A stretch of DNA of 41,461 bases, taken from a virus. Its lineage: Duplodnaviria; Caudoviricetes. The DNA lies in the IMG/VR virus record IMGVR_UViG_3300006893_000274, positions 1 to 41,461 of that record, one strand, 5' to 3'. A program made the translations under genes and the position numbers. The notes beneath the pieces were generated by a model. The model ran no database searches. It saw nothing but the letters and a program-made list of their open reading frames with translations, and was not told the origin of the DNA. Shown one piece after another: positions 1-10,004 of this stretch. Position 1 is the stretch's first letter. Every line of letters starts with the position of its first letter.

Positions 1-1152
1 CCTCAGACGAGGCGTCGCACCGGGCGTCATGTGCCCGTAGGTGTCGGCCGTGATCTGAATGGAACGGTGGCCAAGCCACCGGCTCACTTCCAGGATGGGC
101 ACCCCGTCAGCAATCGCCGTAGACGCGAAGTAGTGCCTTAGGTCGTGCGGAGAGAACGCGGGCTTACCGTCCTTGTCAACGAGTTCAAGCTTGATGAGCG
201 TCCGGCTGAAGTTCGCGTTGAATGTAGCTGGGTGGGGCATGTCCCCCACGTACCGCCCACGGGGCGAGAAGTAGACCTTCACGCCCTTCGCCACGACCAC
301 CGGGAAGCGCTCAACGTGCGCGGCCCGCTCCTCCGCAAGGAAGTCCGCCAACGGGACGTCTCGATAGTCGCCCTTAACGCGGTGCTTCAAAGGCGCGAAG
401 CTCGGCTTCGTCTCGCCAGGCGTCATGTAGACGCTGATCTGATGGCGAAGCCTGGCGAACGTCTCTCGGTCCTCTGACGGACCGTAAGCCAGCATCTCCC
501 CCGGCCGCATCCCCGCCCCGCTCATGCAGTACACCCCGAGCCGGTAGTGAGGCGCGATACAGGCCGCGATGTCGTGAACCTGGCCCGTCGTCGGTATCTC
601 GTCAGGGTCAACCGCCTTGGCCGCCGTCTTCAGCGGCTCAACCTCGGCACACGGGTTCTCTCGGATCCGCTTCTCGGCAACGGCCGCGTTGAACATGCCG
701 GAAAGGGCGATACCGATACGAGCGTTGATCGTGCTGGGCGCCAGACCAGCGGCCGACATCTCCCCCTGAAGCTTCTTCACGTCCCCGGCCGTCACGCCCG
801 CAAGCGTCTTCCGTCCGATGATCGGCACCACCCAAATGGTGATGAAGCTCGTGTAGTTGCGACGCGTGGACTCCGCGCACGCATGTCCCTCGATCCACTT
901 GGGCGCGTAGACCTTGATCAGAACCTTCCCGCGCGACGGATCAAGGTACACACCTTCCCGCTTGTCGTTCTCGACCTTCGTAGCGAAGTCGTCGGCTTCG
1001 CCCTTCAAGGGGAACGACTTCTCGCGCTGGGAACCCTGCTTCCCGCCAGGCTCCCGGTACCGAACCGTCCAGATGTGCCCGCAACGCGTCTTCTCGCACG
1101 GGTAGAAGCGGTTCTTCTCCTCCGTCTTGCACGGCTGAAACACGGTTGCCAC
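1..1152 (-). CDS. int: Tyrosine integrase (3' end runs off the window edge)
   Basis: Both ends translated by hand in the same frame. GTG at 1152 after AAGGAG gives MATVFQPCKTEEKNRFYPCEKTRCGHIWTVRYREPGG...; the C-terminus FSPHDLRHYFAS...VSRWLGHRSIQITADTYGH carries the HxLRH, LGH and catalytic Tyr motifs. No stop before base 1, so it is absent from the ORF track. Confidence 0.95.
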   Translation of the reverse strand, partial: MATVFQPCKTEEKNRFYPCEKTRCGHIWTVRYREPGGKQGSQREKSFPLKGEADDFATKVENDKREGVYLDPSRGKVLIKVYAPKWIEGHACAESTRRNYTSFITIWVVPIIGRKTLAGVTAGDVKKLQGEMSAAGLAPSTINARIGIALSGMFNAAVAEKRIRENPCAEVEPLKTAAKAVDPDEIPTTGQVHDIAACIAPHYRLGVYCMSGAGMRPGEMLAYGPSEDRETFARLRHQISVYMTPGETKPSFAPLKHRVKGDYRDVPLADFLAEERAAHVERFPVVVAKGVKVYFSPRGRYVGDMPHPATFNANFSRTLIKLELVDKDGKPAFSPHDLRHYFASTAIADGVPILEVSRWLGHRSIQITADTYGHMTPGATPRLR

Positions 1153-1214
1153 TTACCGACTCCTTTAAAGCGTCTAGTGAACCCTTAACGGGCCATCCAG
1201 CAGTGTGCCACAGG

Positions 1215-1388
1215 CTAGGCATCGTACGAGTTGTCTTCCACCCAGCGCGCCACGCGCGACGGGTAGAACTTGACCGACTTGCCCACCTTGACATGAGGGA
1301 TGCCTAACGACTTGTAGTTGTCATAGACCCACCCCTTCTTCTGATCCAGCACCTCAGCAAGCCAGTCAACGCCCCTCAAGCCCTCCAT
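1215..1388 (-). CDS. xis: Excisionase / recombination directionality factor (HTH_17-like), 57 aa
   Basis: MEGLRGVDWLAEVLDQKKGWVYDNYKSLGIPHVKVGKSVKFYPSRVARWVE: small winged-HTH pattern, G-rich RBS, directly upstream of int. Confidence 0.8.
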   Translation of the reverse strand: MEGLRGVDWLAEVLDQKKGWVYDNYKSLGIPHVKVGKSVKFYPSRVARWVEDNSYDA

Positions 1389-1422
1389 CGTCCCCCCGTC
1401 CCTCGCAGCTCTACCACCACGA

Positions 1423-1451
1423 AGAATAAGCTCGTAGGATACGCTTTGCAA
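1423..1451 (-). promoter_or_regulatory. Putative sigma70-type promoter for xis-int
   Basis: Minus strand TTGCAA-N17-TATTCT, overlapping a copy of the operator-like repeat. Confidence 0.5.
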
Positions 1452-1511
1452 GCATATAGTGAACGCTTGCCATGCCCCGCTCGGGGCGCCCGAGCTAGAA
1501 AGGGGGACGCT

Positions 1512-1691
1512 TTGCGCTTCGCGCCCAAAAACGTTCAGAGGATCCTGGAAGCCGTCGAAGCCATGCAGCGGGAGCAGCCCGATCCGCACCGCCATACGCG
1601 AGACTGGGCGGAAGAGGTCTTCATGAACGACGTGCCGCGCCTGGTAGACGCTTACTGTGCCGCGACCGGCCTAGAACTCCCCGTCTCGTGA
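1512..1691 (+). CDS. Small hypothetical protein (59 aa)
   Basis: TTG after AGGGGG RBS, within track ORF 1446..1691; ends before the 1744 hairpin. Confidence 0.4.
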   Translation: MRFAPKNVQRILEAVEAMQREQPDPHRHTRDWAEEVFMNDVPRLVDAYCAATGLELPVS

Positions 1692-1741
1692 GGGGCGCTC
1701 GTGTCGCACTCGTCATCGTGGACGAGCTAGCCGAAACGCAG

Positions 1742-1769
1742 AAAACCCCCCGGCCGAAGCCGGGGGGTT
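1742..1769 (-). terminator. Intrinsic terminator ending the late/lysis transcript
   Basis: AACCCCCCGGC-CGAA-GCCGGGGGGTT stem (UUCG loop on the minus strand) with a T-run on the minus strand. Confidence 0.8.
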
Positions 1770-1782
1770 GCTATCTGTGCGA

Positions 1783-2076
1783 TCACTTCGCGAGGGAGGT
1801 AACCGCCTCGGCCGCAGCGTCCACGACCTTCACGGCCGCCGGATCCACCTTGGCAACGACGTTGGTCACCACCGGGGCAACCTTCTCCGCGTCGGCCGCG
1901 ACCTTCGCCGCGTCCGCCTCCAACTCCGGGAGCGGAAGACCGAGGACACCGGCCACGATCGGGAGAATGATGGTGCCAGCCTGGCCCGGGACGTAGCGAG
2001 CCGCCACGATCGCCAGGGCGACCGCGAGGGCGTAGGTACGGGCTGAGTGAGTCTTGGCGAGAATGGTCTTGATCAA
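1783..2076 (-). CDS. Putative holin
   Basis: Two hydrophobic segments then a charged Ala-rich tail; directly downstream of the endolysin; TTG start after GAAAGG. Confidence 0.6.
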   Translation of the reverse strand: MIKTILAKTHSARTYALAVALAIVAARYVPGQAGTIILPIVAGVLGLPLPELEADAAKVAADAEKVAPVVTNVVAKVDPAAVKVVDAAAEAVTSLAK

Positions 2077-2172
2077 CGGAACGCCTTTCGTAGAACACGA
2101 AGGGAGACCCTTTCGGGGGCCTCCCACAAGGAACGATTACCGTGCGCACAGGCCGGCGCGCACGGTCGGTAG

Positions 2173-3195
2173 TCAGGCTGCGAGAGCCGTGAGCTTGGCG
2201 TCAGTGAGCGGACCCGCCTGGCCGTCCGTCTTGAGACCGTGCGCGGCCTGGAAGTCGAGAACGGCCGTCTTCGTCTTCGGGCCGAAGTCCGAATCCGTCG
2301 CGATGTTCGCGCCGAAGACGTTCAGCGCGGCCTGGAGCACGCGCACCGCGTAGCCCGTGTTGCCCTCGACCAGGTTCGTACCGGCGAGGGCGTTCTTCAG
2401 GGCCGTATCGGTGTGCTGGCCCTTGATGCCATCCACGAGCAGACCGGCGCCCCGCTCGTTCAGGATCTCCTGAAGCGCGATCACCCGAGCGTTGGCGTGA
2501 ACCGGAACCGGCGGCACGGGCGACTTGGGCGGGTTGCCGCCGGACTCCGTGACCGTGATACCGAACAGCGCTGCGAGGGCCGCAGCATCGCCCTTGAAGG
2601 CGGAGTAATCAGCCTTCATCCCCTGGTCCGTCGCGGCGTTCGTGAACTGCCACAGAACCGGGGCCGCGTTGCCGTACGACGTCCAGCCCTCGCCCGCGTC
2701 GCCCTTGCCCGCCGTGTAGATCTCCGCCGGGGAACCGCCGGGAGACTCCGGGTAGGCGGAACTCATCAGGTGGACGCCACGCTGAGCGAAGCCGGACAGG
2801 TCCGGCTTACCGAGCTGGATCCAGTACCAGCGCGGCAGGTACGCGAATCGCACCGTGAGGCCCTGCGCCTTGGCCTCGTCGATGTACGCGAACGCCTCGG
2901 CGAGGGTCGGCTTGAACGAGCCCTCAGGCTCAATGTCCACCATGCCGACGTACTTGGAGCTGACGACGCGCTTGGTGTTCGCCACCTGCTCCGCCGCGCT
3001 GGCGGAACTCAGGAAGTGGTACCAGCCGAACGGCTTGGACGGGACGGTACCCGCCTCGGTCTGCCAACCCGCGTACTCCGGATTGACGTACGTGCTGCCC
3101 TCGGTCGCCTTGGCGAACACGGCCGCCGCCGTGGTCTTGGCGACGCTGTAGCCCTTCTGATACGACGCGATGTCTACGACGAACTGATCCGTCAT
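2173..3195 (-). CDS. Endolysin: GH25 muramidase with C-terminal peptidoglycan-binding domains
   Basis: VDIASYQ, KATEG and DIE catalytic motifs; Pro-rich linker; PG_binding_1-like repeats (LQxxLN...DG..G..T, FQAAHGLKTDGQAGPLT). Confidence 0.92.
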   Translation of the reverse strand: MTDQFVVDIASYQKGYSVAKTTAAAVFAKATEGSTYVNPEYAGWQTEAGTVPSKPFGWYHFLSSASAAEQVANTKRVVSSKYVGMVDIEPEGSFKPTLAEAFAYIDEAKAQGLTVRFAYLPRWYWIQLGKPDLSGFAQRGVHLMSSAYPESPGGSPAEIYTAGKGDAGEGWTSYGNAAPVLWQFTNAATDQGMKADYSAFKGDAAALAALFGITVTESGGNPPKSPVPPVPVHANARVIALQEILNERGAGLLVDGIKGQHTDTALKNALAGTNLVEGNTGYAVRVLQAALNVFGANIATDSDFGPKTKTAVLDFQAAHGLKTDGQAGPLTDAKLTALAA

Positions 3196-3537
3196 TTACC
3201 CCTCCCCCGGGCCGCGAAGTGCGGCCATGATTTCGGCGTGGTTGCCCTCGATAGCCTGGCTGAGAGCACGAATAGCAGTCTCGCCGCTGGCGAGACTGCG
3301 AAGAACTTGGTTTTCCGCTTCGACCTTCTGAACGCGGATTGTGAGGTCTTCGACCTTCAGCTCTAGCCGGTCGGCCCGAGCCTTCTCCGCTTCGGCGTTC
3401 TCACGCCAGGTCTTTGCCGCTTCCCGATCTGCGTCGGATCGGTTCTTAGCGACTGTCAGGTAAGTAACGGCACCGGTCGAAAGGACCGTGCCGATACTCC
3501 CTAGGATAGCCAGAAGGCTTGTCAACTGTCCCCCCAT
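3196..3537 (-). CDS. Lysis-cassette membrane protein (N-terminal TM plus coiled coil)
   Basis: One TM helix followed by a heptad-rich region, between the tail gene and endolysin. Start is ATG 3537 or TTG 3525. Confidence 0.65.
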   Translation of the reverse strand: MGGQLTSLLAILGSIGTVLSTGAVTYLTVAKNRSDADREAAKTWRENAEAEKARADRLELKVEDLTIRVQKVEAENQVLRSLASGETAIRALSQAIEGNHAEIMAALRGPGEG

Positions 3538-3539
3538 TT

Positions 3540-6500
3540 TTACGACGAAGCCAAGTCCGGCGACATCTCCACAGCGACGACGGGAACCGTGGTCCCGCCG
3601 TCGATCTCCCCCGTGATGGATACCGACTGGACGATGAAGTTCATAGACGGCGATGGCGCCGAGTCCGGCAGTTCGTTGAACGTGATGCGGGAGCCGACGT
3701 CCAGGCCGAGAGCCTGAACCGCCATCGTCGGATTCACGCATGTGAAGCTCGCCCCGTACACGCGTGTGACCGGCTTCCCGTGGTACTGGACGAGCCAGTT
3801 CGCAATGCTCTGCGCCACGCTCGAAGTCGAGTAGGACGCGGTGATGGACAGCGGGAAGGTTCCCCGCTGATCGATCGAAGTACGCGAGTACGCGTAATAG
3901 ACCGTGCCGTCCGTCGTGGTGATCGTCACAAAGTTGATGATGTGGTCGCCGTCTATGGAGAACTGCAACCCGTCATCAACGCTCGTCCCTAGAGAGTCCT
4001 GGAAGACTCGGCGTATCGGCGCGTGGGTGTAGTTGTTGTAACACGCTGCGCCGGAACGGCCCATGAAGAACCGTCCCCCGACTTCGGTAGCGGCAGACTT
4101 TAAAGCATCCGTGAGCACGGTCCCCGAACTCCACGAGGGCCAAGCCTCGGTCATGAGGCCCGGGTCCAGGCAGTCCGTGAACGTGTCGCTAGCGCCCACG
4201 TCCAGGAGCAGGGCCATGTGACCTGCCTCGTTGGAGCCGTAACTGCCGTGCCCCATCTTCGCGCGTGCCGCAAAGTTCAGCGTCGCGGAGTCCGTGAGAA
4301 CGACGTCAGAGATACGTCCGATCCACGGGCTGTAGATGAGCGAACTGCCCGCCGCGTAGTCAGCGCCGACCATGTTGCTACGCGTCGGCCTCGTCGAGTA
4401 TGCGACCGTGTTCGTGACCGCGGACACGATCGAGCCGTCCACGTAGAAATTCCACGTTAGGCTTCCCGCCGCCGTAATCGTCCACGTAAGGGCAAGGTGA
4501 TGCGATGCACCGTTGAAGATATTGGGAATGGTTACCTGTGATGAGGCTGCCCCGTTGAACGAAATCTGACAGCCCGCCGTGCTAGTGCTGGTGTTGTAGA
4601 CCAGCGCAACCCAGAAACCCGGCTGCCCGCTCGACGTCCCGTCGTTGCCGAGTAGGTTGCACTGCCAACCGGCCGACGTCGGCACGTCCAACTCAATCCA
4701 GCAGTCAAACGATCCTTGACCGGCCGAGCCGACCGCGGGCATGTTCGCGTTGATTCGCGACGTCACCGGAAACTGCGACTTGTCGCTAGCGGCGCCGCAG
4801 TTACCGGCATTGCCGGAAGCCCACTTGAACGAGGTCCCAGACTGAGGCGTGCTCGAATACGTCTGGTATCCGATCACGTAGTTCGGGTGGACCACTCCCC
4901 CGCTGCCCGTGCTGATCGTGCCCGAGGCGACAGTCAGAATCGAAGTCGCACCCGCCGTGATGCCGAACGACGTGCCGCCGTCGCTAGCCTGCGAGGTAAG
5001 CGACATGGGGTAGGGAATGAAGTTCGTTGAGTCCGCAACGCTGCTGAGCGTCGTAGACGCGGCATCGTTGAACGTCCAGTAGTTCAGGGTGTGCGGGTCG
5101 TTCAGAATCATCGACTCATACGCGTTGTCCACGTTGAGGTTACCGAGCCGCCGGAACTGGTCGGTACAGTCAAGCTCGATATCGGAGCGCCCCGACGCGC
5201 TCATGGTCGTTGTGATCCACGTATCGACCCAACCCGCGAATATGGGCATGTAGCAGTCGCCCTCAGTGAAGGCGGGAACGACCGTTCCTGAGATCAGTTG
5301 GAACTGAGACACCGTGACCTTAGAGACCGTGGACGAGACCATGGGAAGGGATAGCACGATCTCAAGGCCAGTAAGTCCTGACGAAGACTGAGGAATGGTC
5401 ACCGTCGCGGTAACCGTCTGAGCCGTGGTCGTCAGGGCCGTGCTGGTCGTGTTCGTCGTGACGAGCGTCGGGGCGGACTGCGAATTCGCGTAGTTCAGGA
5501 CGTTCACGATCGTGTTGGCGACCGCGCCCGAGCCGAACGAGACGCCCGTAAGCGCGTATTGCAGCGTGTACGTTCCGGGCGCCAGGTAGGTGATGCGGCT
5601 GTTCGACGCGTTCACCAGGTAGGCGAGAGCGCCGTTACCGGCCCCGGAACTGGAGTGCCCGAACTGGAGTCCGCCCGCAGTCGCGCTGTAGCTCGGTGCC
5701 GTGGACGTGTTGTTGGTGTTCGCGTAGTTGGTATAGGCGCCCCCGAGACTCCATAGCCCGACCGACTCGACGTCGCCCGTAGTGCTGTCGTTCCAGTGGT
5801 CCACGTTGGCCAACTGGTAGGGCAGCATGTTGCCGCCCTGGACCGCGCCCACCCTCAGCGGCACACCGTTCGTGGTCTGGTTCGGGTACGGCGTCGTCTG
5901 TGTGATCGAGAGGCTGTCGCAGAACGCGATGCCCGTTGCCGACATGTTCGCGCGGTTCACCAAGACGAACTGCGCCCACACTGCGCCTGTGGGGACGAGG
6001 GCGCTCCACGAAAGGGCGTGCCAGCCGTCACCAACAGCCATGGTCACCTGAGCCTCGGACCAACTGTTGACCGCCAGCGTGTTCCGGTTCGCATCAACGA
6101 AGTGACACGACAGGCCGAACGTCAAAGACGGGTAGCCCGAGGTGACCGTGTTGCGGAGCGCACCGGACAGATAGGCCGTCTGGCCTACGGACACGGGCAC
6201 GAAGTCCGTCACGAACAGGAATTGACCGTTCGTCATGGTGCTGGGCATCGTCATCTTCAGCGCGTTGACACCCGCATAGGGATTGCTGGTCGAGGACTGG
6301 AGAATGGTCCCGCTCTGCCCCGGGGTGAAGCCCGCGGTCGTGCCCAGGGTGTCCGTGCCCGTGGCCACGTTCGCGGGCAAGAGGTTCTGCGAATAGGTCT
6401 TGCCGGGAGTGAAGAACCCGTGGTCGTTGTCCAGGGTCAGCGTGAGCGTGCCCGCCTGGACGTCGTCCAGCTCGGTAGACGCTCCGCGCTTCGTCTCGAC

Positions 6501-6632
6501 CTTCTTCACGTACTGGCTGAAGTCGGTCCACGGCACGCACGCCGAGATGGACGGGGCAGGACCCATAACCGCGCAGTAGGCAAGCGACATAAGAAAACGG
6601 GCCGAGCCCGTAGGCCCGGCCCTTCCCCCCAT
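3540..6632 (-). CDS. Large minor tail / tail-tip protein with inserted carbohydrate-binding-like and LamG-like domains
   Basis: Follows the tape measure gene; N-terminal WTDFSQYV...RG...AGTLTLTLDNDHGFFTP pattern typical of actinophage minor tails; HHLALTW...FYVDG...GRISDV is LamG-like. Start may be 6590. Confidence 0.8.
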   Translation of the reverse strand: MGGRAGPTGSARFLMSLAYCAVMGPAPSISACVPWTDFSQYVKKVETKRGASTELDDVQAGTLTLTLDNDHGFFTPGKTYSQNLLPANVATGTDTLGTTAGFTPGQSGTILQSSTSNPYAGVNALKMTMPSTMTNGQFLFVTDFVPVSVGQTAYLSGALRNTVTSGYPSLTFGLSCHFVDANRNTLAVNSWSEAQVTMAVGDGWHALSWSALVPTGAVWAQFVLVNRANMSATGIAFCDSLSITQTTPYPNQTTNGVPLRVGAVQGGNMLPYQLANVDHWNDSTTGDVESVGLWSLGGAYTNYANTNNTSTAPSYSATAGGLQFGHSSSGAGNGALAYLVNASNSRITYLAPGTYTLQYALTGVSFGSGAVANTIVNVLNYANSQSAPTLVTTNTTSTALTTTAQTVTATVTIPQSSSGLTGLEIVLSLPMVSSTVSKVTVSQFQLISGTVVPAFTEGDCYMPIFAGWVDTWITTTMSASGRSDIELDCTDQFRRLGNLNVDNAYESMILNDPHTLNYWTFNDAASTTLSSVADSTNFIPYPMSLTSQASDGGTSFGITAGATSILTVASGTISTGSGGVVHPNYVIGYQTYSSTPQSGTSFKWASGNAGNCGAASDKSQFPVTSRINANMPAVGSAGQGSFDCWIELDVPTSAGWQCNLLGNDGTSSGQPGFWVALVYNTSTSTAGCQISFNGAASSQVTIPNIFNGASHHLALTWTITAAGSLTWNFYVDGSIVSAVTNTVAYSTRPTRSNMVGADYAAGSSLIYSPWIGRISDVVLTDSATLNFAARAKMGHGSYGSNEAGHMALLLDVGASDTFTDCLDPGLMTEAWPSWSSGTVLTDALKSAATEVGGRFFMGRSGAACYNNYTHAPIRRVFQDSLGTSVDDGLQFSIDGDHIINFVTITTTDGTVYYAYSRTSIDQRGTFPLSITASYSTSSVAQSIANWLVQYHGKPVTRVYGASFTCVNPTMAVQALGLDVGSRITFNELPDSAPSPSMNFIVQSVSITGEIDGGTTVPVVAVEMSPDLASS

Positions 6633-6638
6633 TCCGTA

Positions 6639-9527
6639 CTAGTTGAGTCCCGTCGATCCGCCGTTCTTCCGCGCAATCTGCCGGATCTGGTCGCGAACCG
6701 TGGTGGCGATCGACTTGGCCAAGTCCTTCTCTGTGGTGACGTGACCGGCGACATTGACCGTGACGTTGGGCATGCCGCTAGCGGACCCGTACGCGCCCGC
6801 CAGGGCGCTTCCGGACGTCAGGCCAGGGACGGACGAGACGTTGAGTCCAACGCTCCCCAGGGCCGCCTGTAGCGACTTGTGACCGGACACGTTCGGCAGA
6901 ATGGCGCCCATCTTGTTCATGGCCGCCTGGACCTTCGACGTCATCGACACAACACCCTGGTTGTAGCCCTCCATGGTGTTGACACCGAAGTCCGAAAACA
7001 CCCGCGACGGAGAGAAGATACCCATCACCTTCTTAAACCCGCTTACGATCTTCGAGCCGACTCCGGTAATCGCCTTAACGGCAGAATCGGCCTTAGACTC
7101 GATGCCCTTTACGAGTCCATCGATAATGTCTCCACCGGCCGAGATCAGCCAAGAGCCCGCATCGCGCAACGCGCCGAGAATTACGCCCGGCAGGCGGCCA
7201 AACCACGTAAGTATCTTTTCGCCGCCATTCACAACCGCCTCTAAGAAATCGGCCATCTTCACGACCACGGTCGAGACCAGTTCGTTAAATGCCTTTGTTC
7301 CCTCAGCGATCAGGTTTCGACCGAACGAGACCGTATCGGAAACGACATCACGCCAGCCGCCGGCCACGAAATTAATAACAGCCTTTATGCCGGTCGATAC
7401 GGCGTCGGCCAAAAGCTTCCAACCATCAACGATGATCTTAAGCTGATCCTTCGTCTCGGCCTTGAAAAAGTTGAGGATAAACTTGCCGAGTCCTTCTAGC
7501 CCGTCTTCCAGCAACTTGCCGCCAGCCGAAAAGGCGTCACCTATCGCGGCAAAGCCGTCAATGAATATCTTTAGGAACTTGCCGAATATCAGCACCTTAG
7601 CGGCGCCGATCAGCACATTAAGCAAGCCCGAAAAGATCTCGGTGATTCCGTGCCACGCCTTAGACCAGTTGCCCGTGAATACGCCAGTCAGAAAATCGAG
7701 GACACCCTTCAGTATGGTGAGCAATCCGGAGATCACGCGGACCACGCCGTTAAAGAATCCCTTCACCGCAGAAATCGCGGGGCCAGCCAGAATATTGACC
7801 AGCCATTCTATGATCGGTGTCAAAAGGCGGACGAATGGAGCCAGGAAATCTAGCAGGCTCGATATCACGCCGCCCAGTTCGACAAAGACCGGCTTCAGCT
7901 GAGTTATCGCCCACGAGATCAGCGGCACTAGCTTTCCAGCTATAAACGACTCCGCGAATGCGACTAGCGGCTTTAAAGCGTCTAACACGGTGCGCACCTT
8001 GGGAACCAGAGTCCCTGAGATGAATTCCGCGAACGCCTTCACGGCCGGTAGAATCTTGTGCTCGAAGATGTCAACGGCGGGGGGTTCAATGTCCTTCACT
8101 ATGAACCCAATGAACTGACGGAAGGCCGGAAGCACGGTGCCATCAATCAAGCCGACAACCGACTTCAGCGCCGCACCTATCGCCTGAAAGACGCCCTGAG
8201 CCTTAGCCGAGTCGAAGATGCTGTTAAGGCTGGACATCTCCGACTTAAGCAGCGGACCGACGTCCTTAAACGCGTCCGTCAGTGTCCTGCCTATTATCGA
8301 GAGGCCCCCGCCTCCACCGATGTTATGGAAAACGCCCGAGATGATCGAAGACGCCTTAGAGGCCAATCCCCCGAGCTTAGGCAAGTCGTCCGCGAATCCG
8401 TTGACTATCTTCGTAAAGACCGGCGCAACCTTCAGGTATAGAGCCTGGCCCATGCTCTCGAACTGGGCACCCGTCCGCGCGATAGCGCCGGACAGTCCGC
8501 CGGACTTAGCAGCGGCGATATCCGCCGCCTCACCCGTGCGGGACACGAGAGCCAAGTACTTCTGATAGGCGGGAAGCCCACCCTTGATGATCGTGAGAGC
8601 GGACTCCATCGGGATCTTCCCGAAGATGTCCTTCACGTACATGGCTTCCTGCTGCTCCGAGAGCCCAGAGAGCTTGTCGTGAAGCATCCCCAGGATGGAC
8701 CCGAAGTCCTTCATCTTGCCCTGAGAGTTGAAGACGTCGATGCCGAGAGACTTCATCGCCTTGGACGCTGCGGAGGTGGGAACCTCCATGTTGACGAGGA
8801 TGTCCTTCAGCGCCGTACCGGCCTTAGAACCCTGGACGCCAGCGTTGGCGACTTCCGCCAGGAACGCGGCAGTCTGCTGATACGAGAGGCCCGCCTTAGC
8901 CGCTGCTGCGGCCGAGAAGGACAGGGAGTTACCCAAGTCCTCGACGGACGCGGTAGAGCTGTGAGACGCCCCAACGAGGGCGTTGGAAATCATCGTCACG
9001 TCCGAGGCCTTCAGGCCCCAGACGTTCATAGCCTCGGCCACGAAGTTAGCCGCGGCGCCCGCGTCGATCATGCCCGCCTTAGCGAGCGTCAACGTCGGCA
9101 AGACTGCGGCTTGCGCCTCGTTGAGAGACAGGCCCGCCTTAGTCAGCTTCGCCACGGCATCCGCCGCGTCCTCCGACGTAAGACCGTACTTCGCAAGCTG
9201 CGGACTGATCTGATACAGGTAGCTGGAAAGCGACTGGATCTGAGCGTTGGACGAGTGCGTGAACGCCTGAATCTGGTTCAAAAGCTGTTCGTACGGCGCG
9301 CCCATCTTGTACAGCTCATCTGCGATGACGGCCGCGCTAATACCAGCGCCGACAGCGACCATCGCAATCTTCGCCGCAGCTCCCGCGAACGCGGACGCGA
9401 TTCCCCCGCCGTGCTCTGTGGCCTGTGCGTGAGCCTTCTCAAGGGAGCTGTCCAGCATCTCTAGCGAACCAATAGCGCTGTCAGCGTTACCGGCGATGAT
9501 GATTCGAAGAATCCGATCACCAGCCAA
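6639..9527 (-). CDS. Tape measure protein (TP901-like core)
   Basis: 962 aa, Ala/Gly-rich helical; core motif LANAGVQGSKAGTALK-like; C-terminal GIFSPSRVF; follows the tail chaperones. Confidence 0.93.
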   Translation of the reverse strand: MAGDRILRIIIAGNADSAIGSLEMLDSSLEKAHAQATEHGGGIASAFAGAAAKIAMVAVGAGISAAVIADELYKMGAPYEQLLNQIQAFTHSSNAQIQSLSSYLYQISPQLAKYGLTSEDAADAVAKLTKAGLSLNEAQAAVLPTLTLAKAGMIDAGAAANFVAEAMNVWGLKASDVTMISNALVGASHSSTASVEDLGNSLSFSAAAAAKAGLSYQQTAAFLAEVANAGVQGSKAGTALKDILVNMEVPTSAASKAMKSLGIDVFNSQGKMKDFGSILGMLHDKLSGLSEQQEAMYVKDIFGKIPMESALTIIKGGLPAYQKYLALVSRTGEAADIAAAKSGGLSGAIARTGAQFESMGQALYLKVAPVFTKIVNGFADDLPKLGGLASKASSIISGVFHNIGGGGGLSIIGRTLTDAFKDVGPLLKSEMSSLNSIFDSAKAQGVFQAIGAALKSVVGLIDGTVLPAFRQFIGFIVKDIEPPAVDIFEHKILPAVKAFAEFISGTLVPKVRTVLDALKPLVAFAESFIAGKLVPLISWAITQLKPVFVELGGVISSLLDFLAPFVRLLTPIIEWLVNILAGPAISAVKGFFNGVVRVISGLLTILKGVLDFLTGVFTGNWSKAWHGITEIFSGLLNVLIGAAKVLIFGKFLKIFIDGFAAIGDAFSAGGKLLEDGLEGLGKFILNFFKAETKDQLKIIVDGWKLLADAVSTGIKAVINFVAGGWRDVVSDTVSFGRNLIAEGTKAFNELVSTVVVKMADFLEAVVNGGEKILTWFGRLPGVILGALRDAGSWLISAGGDIIDGLVKGIESKADSAVKAITGVGSKIVSGFKKVMGIFSPSRVFSDFGVNTMEGYNQGVVSMTSKVQAAMNKMGAILPNVSGHKSLQAALGSVGLNVSSVPGLTSGSALAGAYGSASGMPNVTVNVAGHVTTEKDLAKSIATTVRDQIRQIARKNGGSTGLN

Positions 9528-9989
9528 GGTGCGCCTCCCCCAAGGTCCCCGTGTGGTCGTGCATGTATTCCGCGTAAGCGTTGAACTCGCTTAGCGTTAA
9601 CCCCCGGATTTCGGCGGGCGTGAAGCCATAGAACCGGCTAAATGCCGCCCACTGGCTAAGCTTCGCCCGCCTTAGGCGTTTCCCTCGGAGTCCTCGTCCT
9701 CGTCCTCGACGAACACGAGTTCGGTCACCTTCACGCGCCGAGCCTCGGCAAGGGTGAAGTCCGGGTTACCGTTCGCCCGGTGAGCCAGCCACACCAGCGC
9801 GGTAAGAACCTTCGCGGTCACGTTCGCCTCGGAAAGCGGACGGCCCTTCTCGTCGAACTGCCTCGTCACGCCGTCGTCCTCGTACAGCGGAACCGGCTTA
9901 AGGGCATCCTTCAGAGTCTTGCCGGTCACCTCCTCGAAATCTTCCATGTCGCCGAGGGTGAACGAGTCCGGGTTGATAGAGAACTTCAT
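9517..9989 (-). CDS. Tail assembly chaperone G (9672..9989) and -1 frameshift product G-T (ends 9517)
   Basis: Slippery G GGA AAC at 9678-9684 just before the G stop; the -1 frame stays open to TGA at 9517 and reads RLRRAKLSQWAAFSRFYGFTPAEIRGLTLSEFNAYAEYMHDH.... Confidence 0.85.
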
Positions 9990-10004
9990 GGATTCCACTC
10001 CTAA

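Noticed and set aside
3540-6632. Diversity-generating retroelement acting on the tail protein
   Set aside because: No reverse transcriptase and no template/variable repeat pair noticed.
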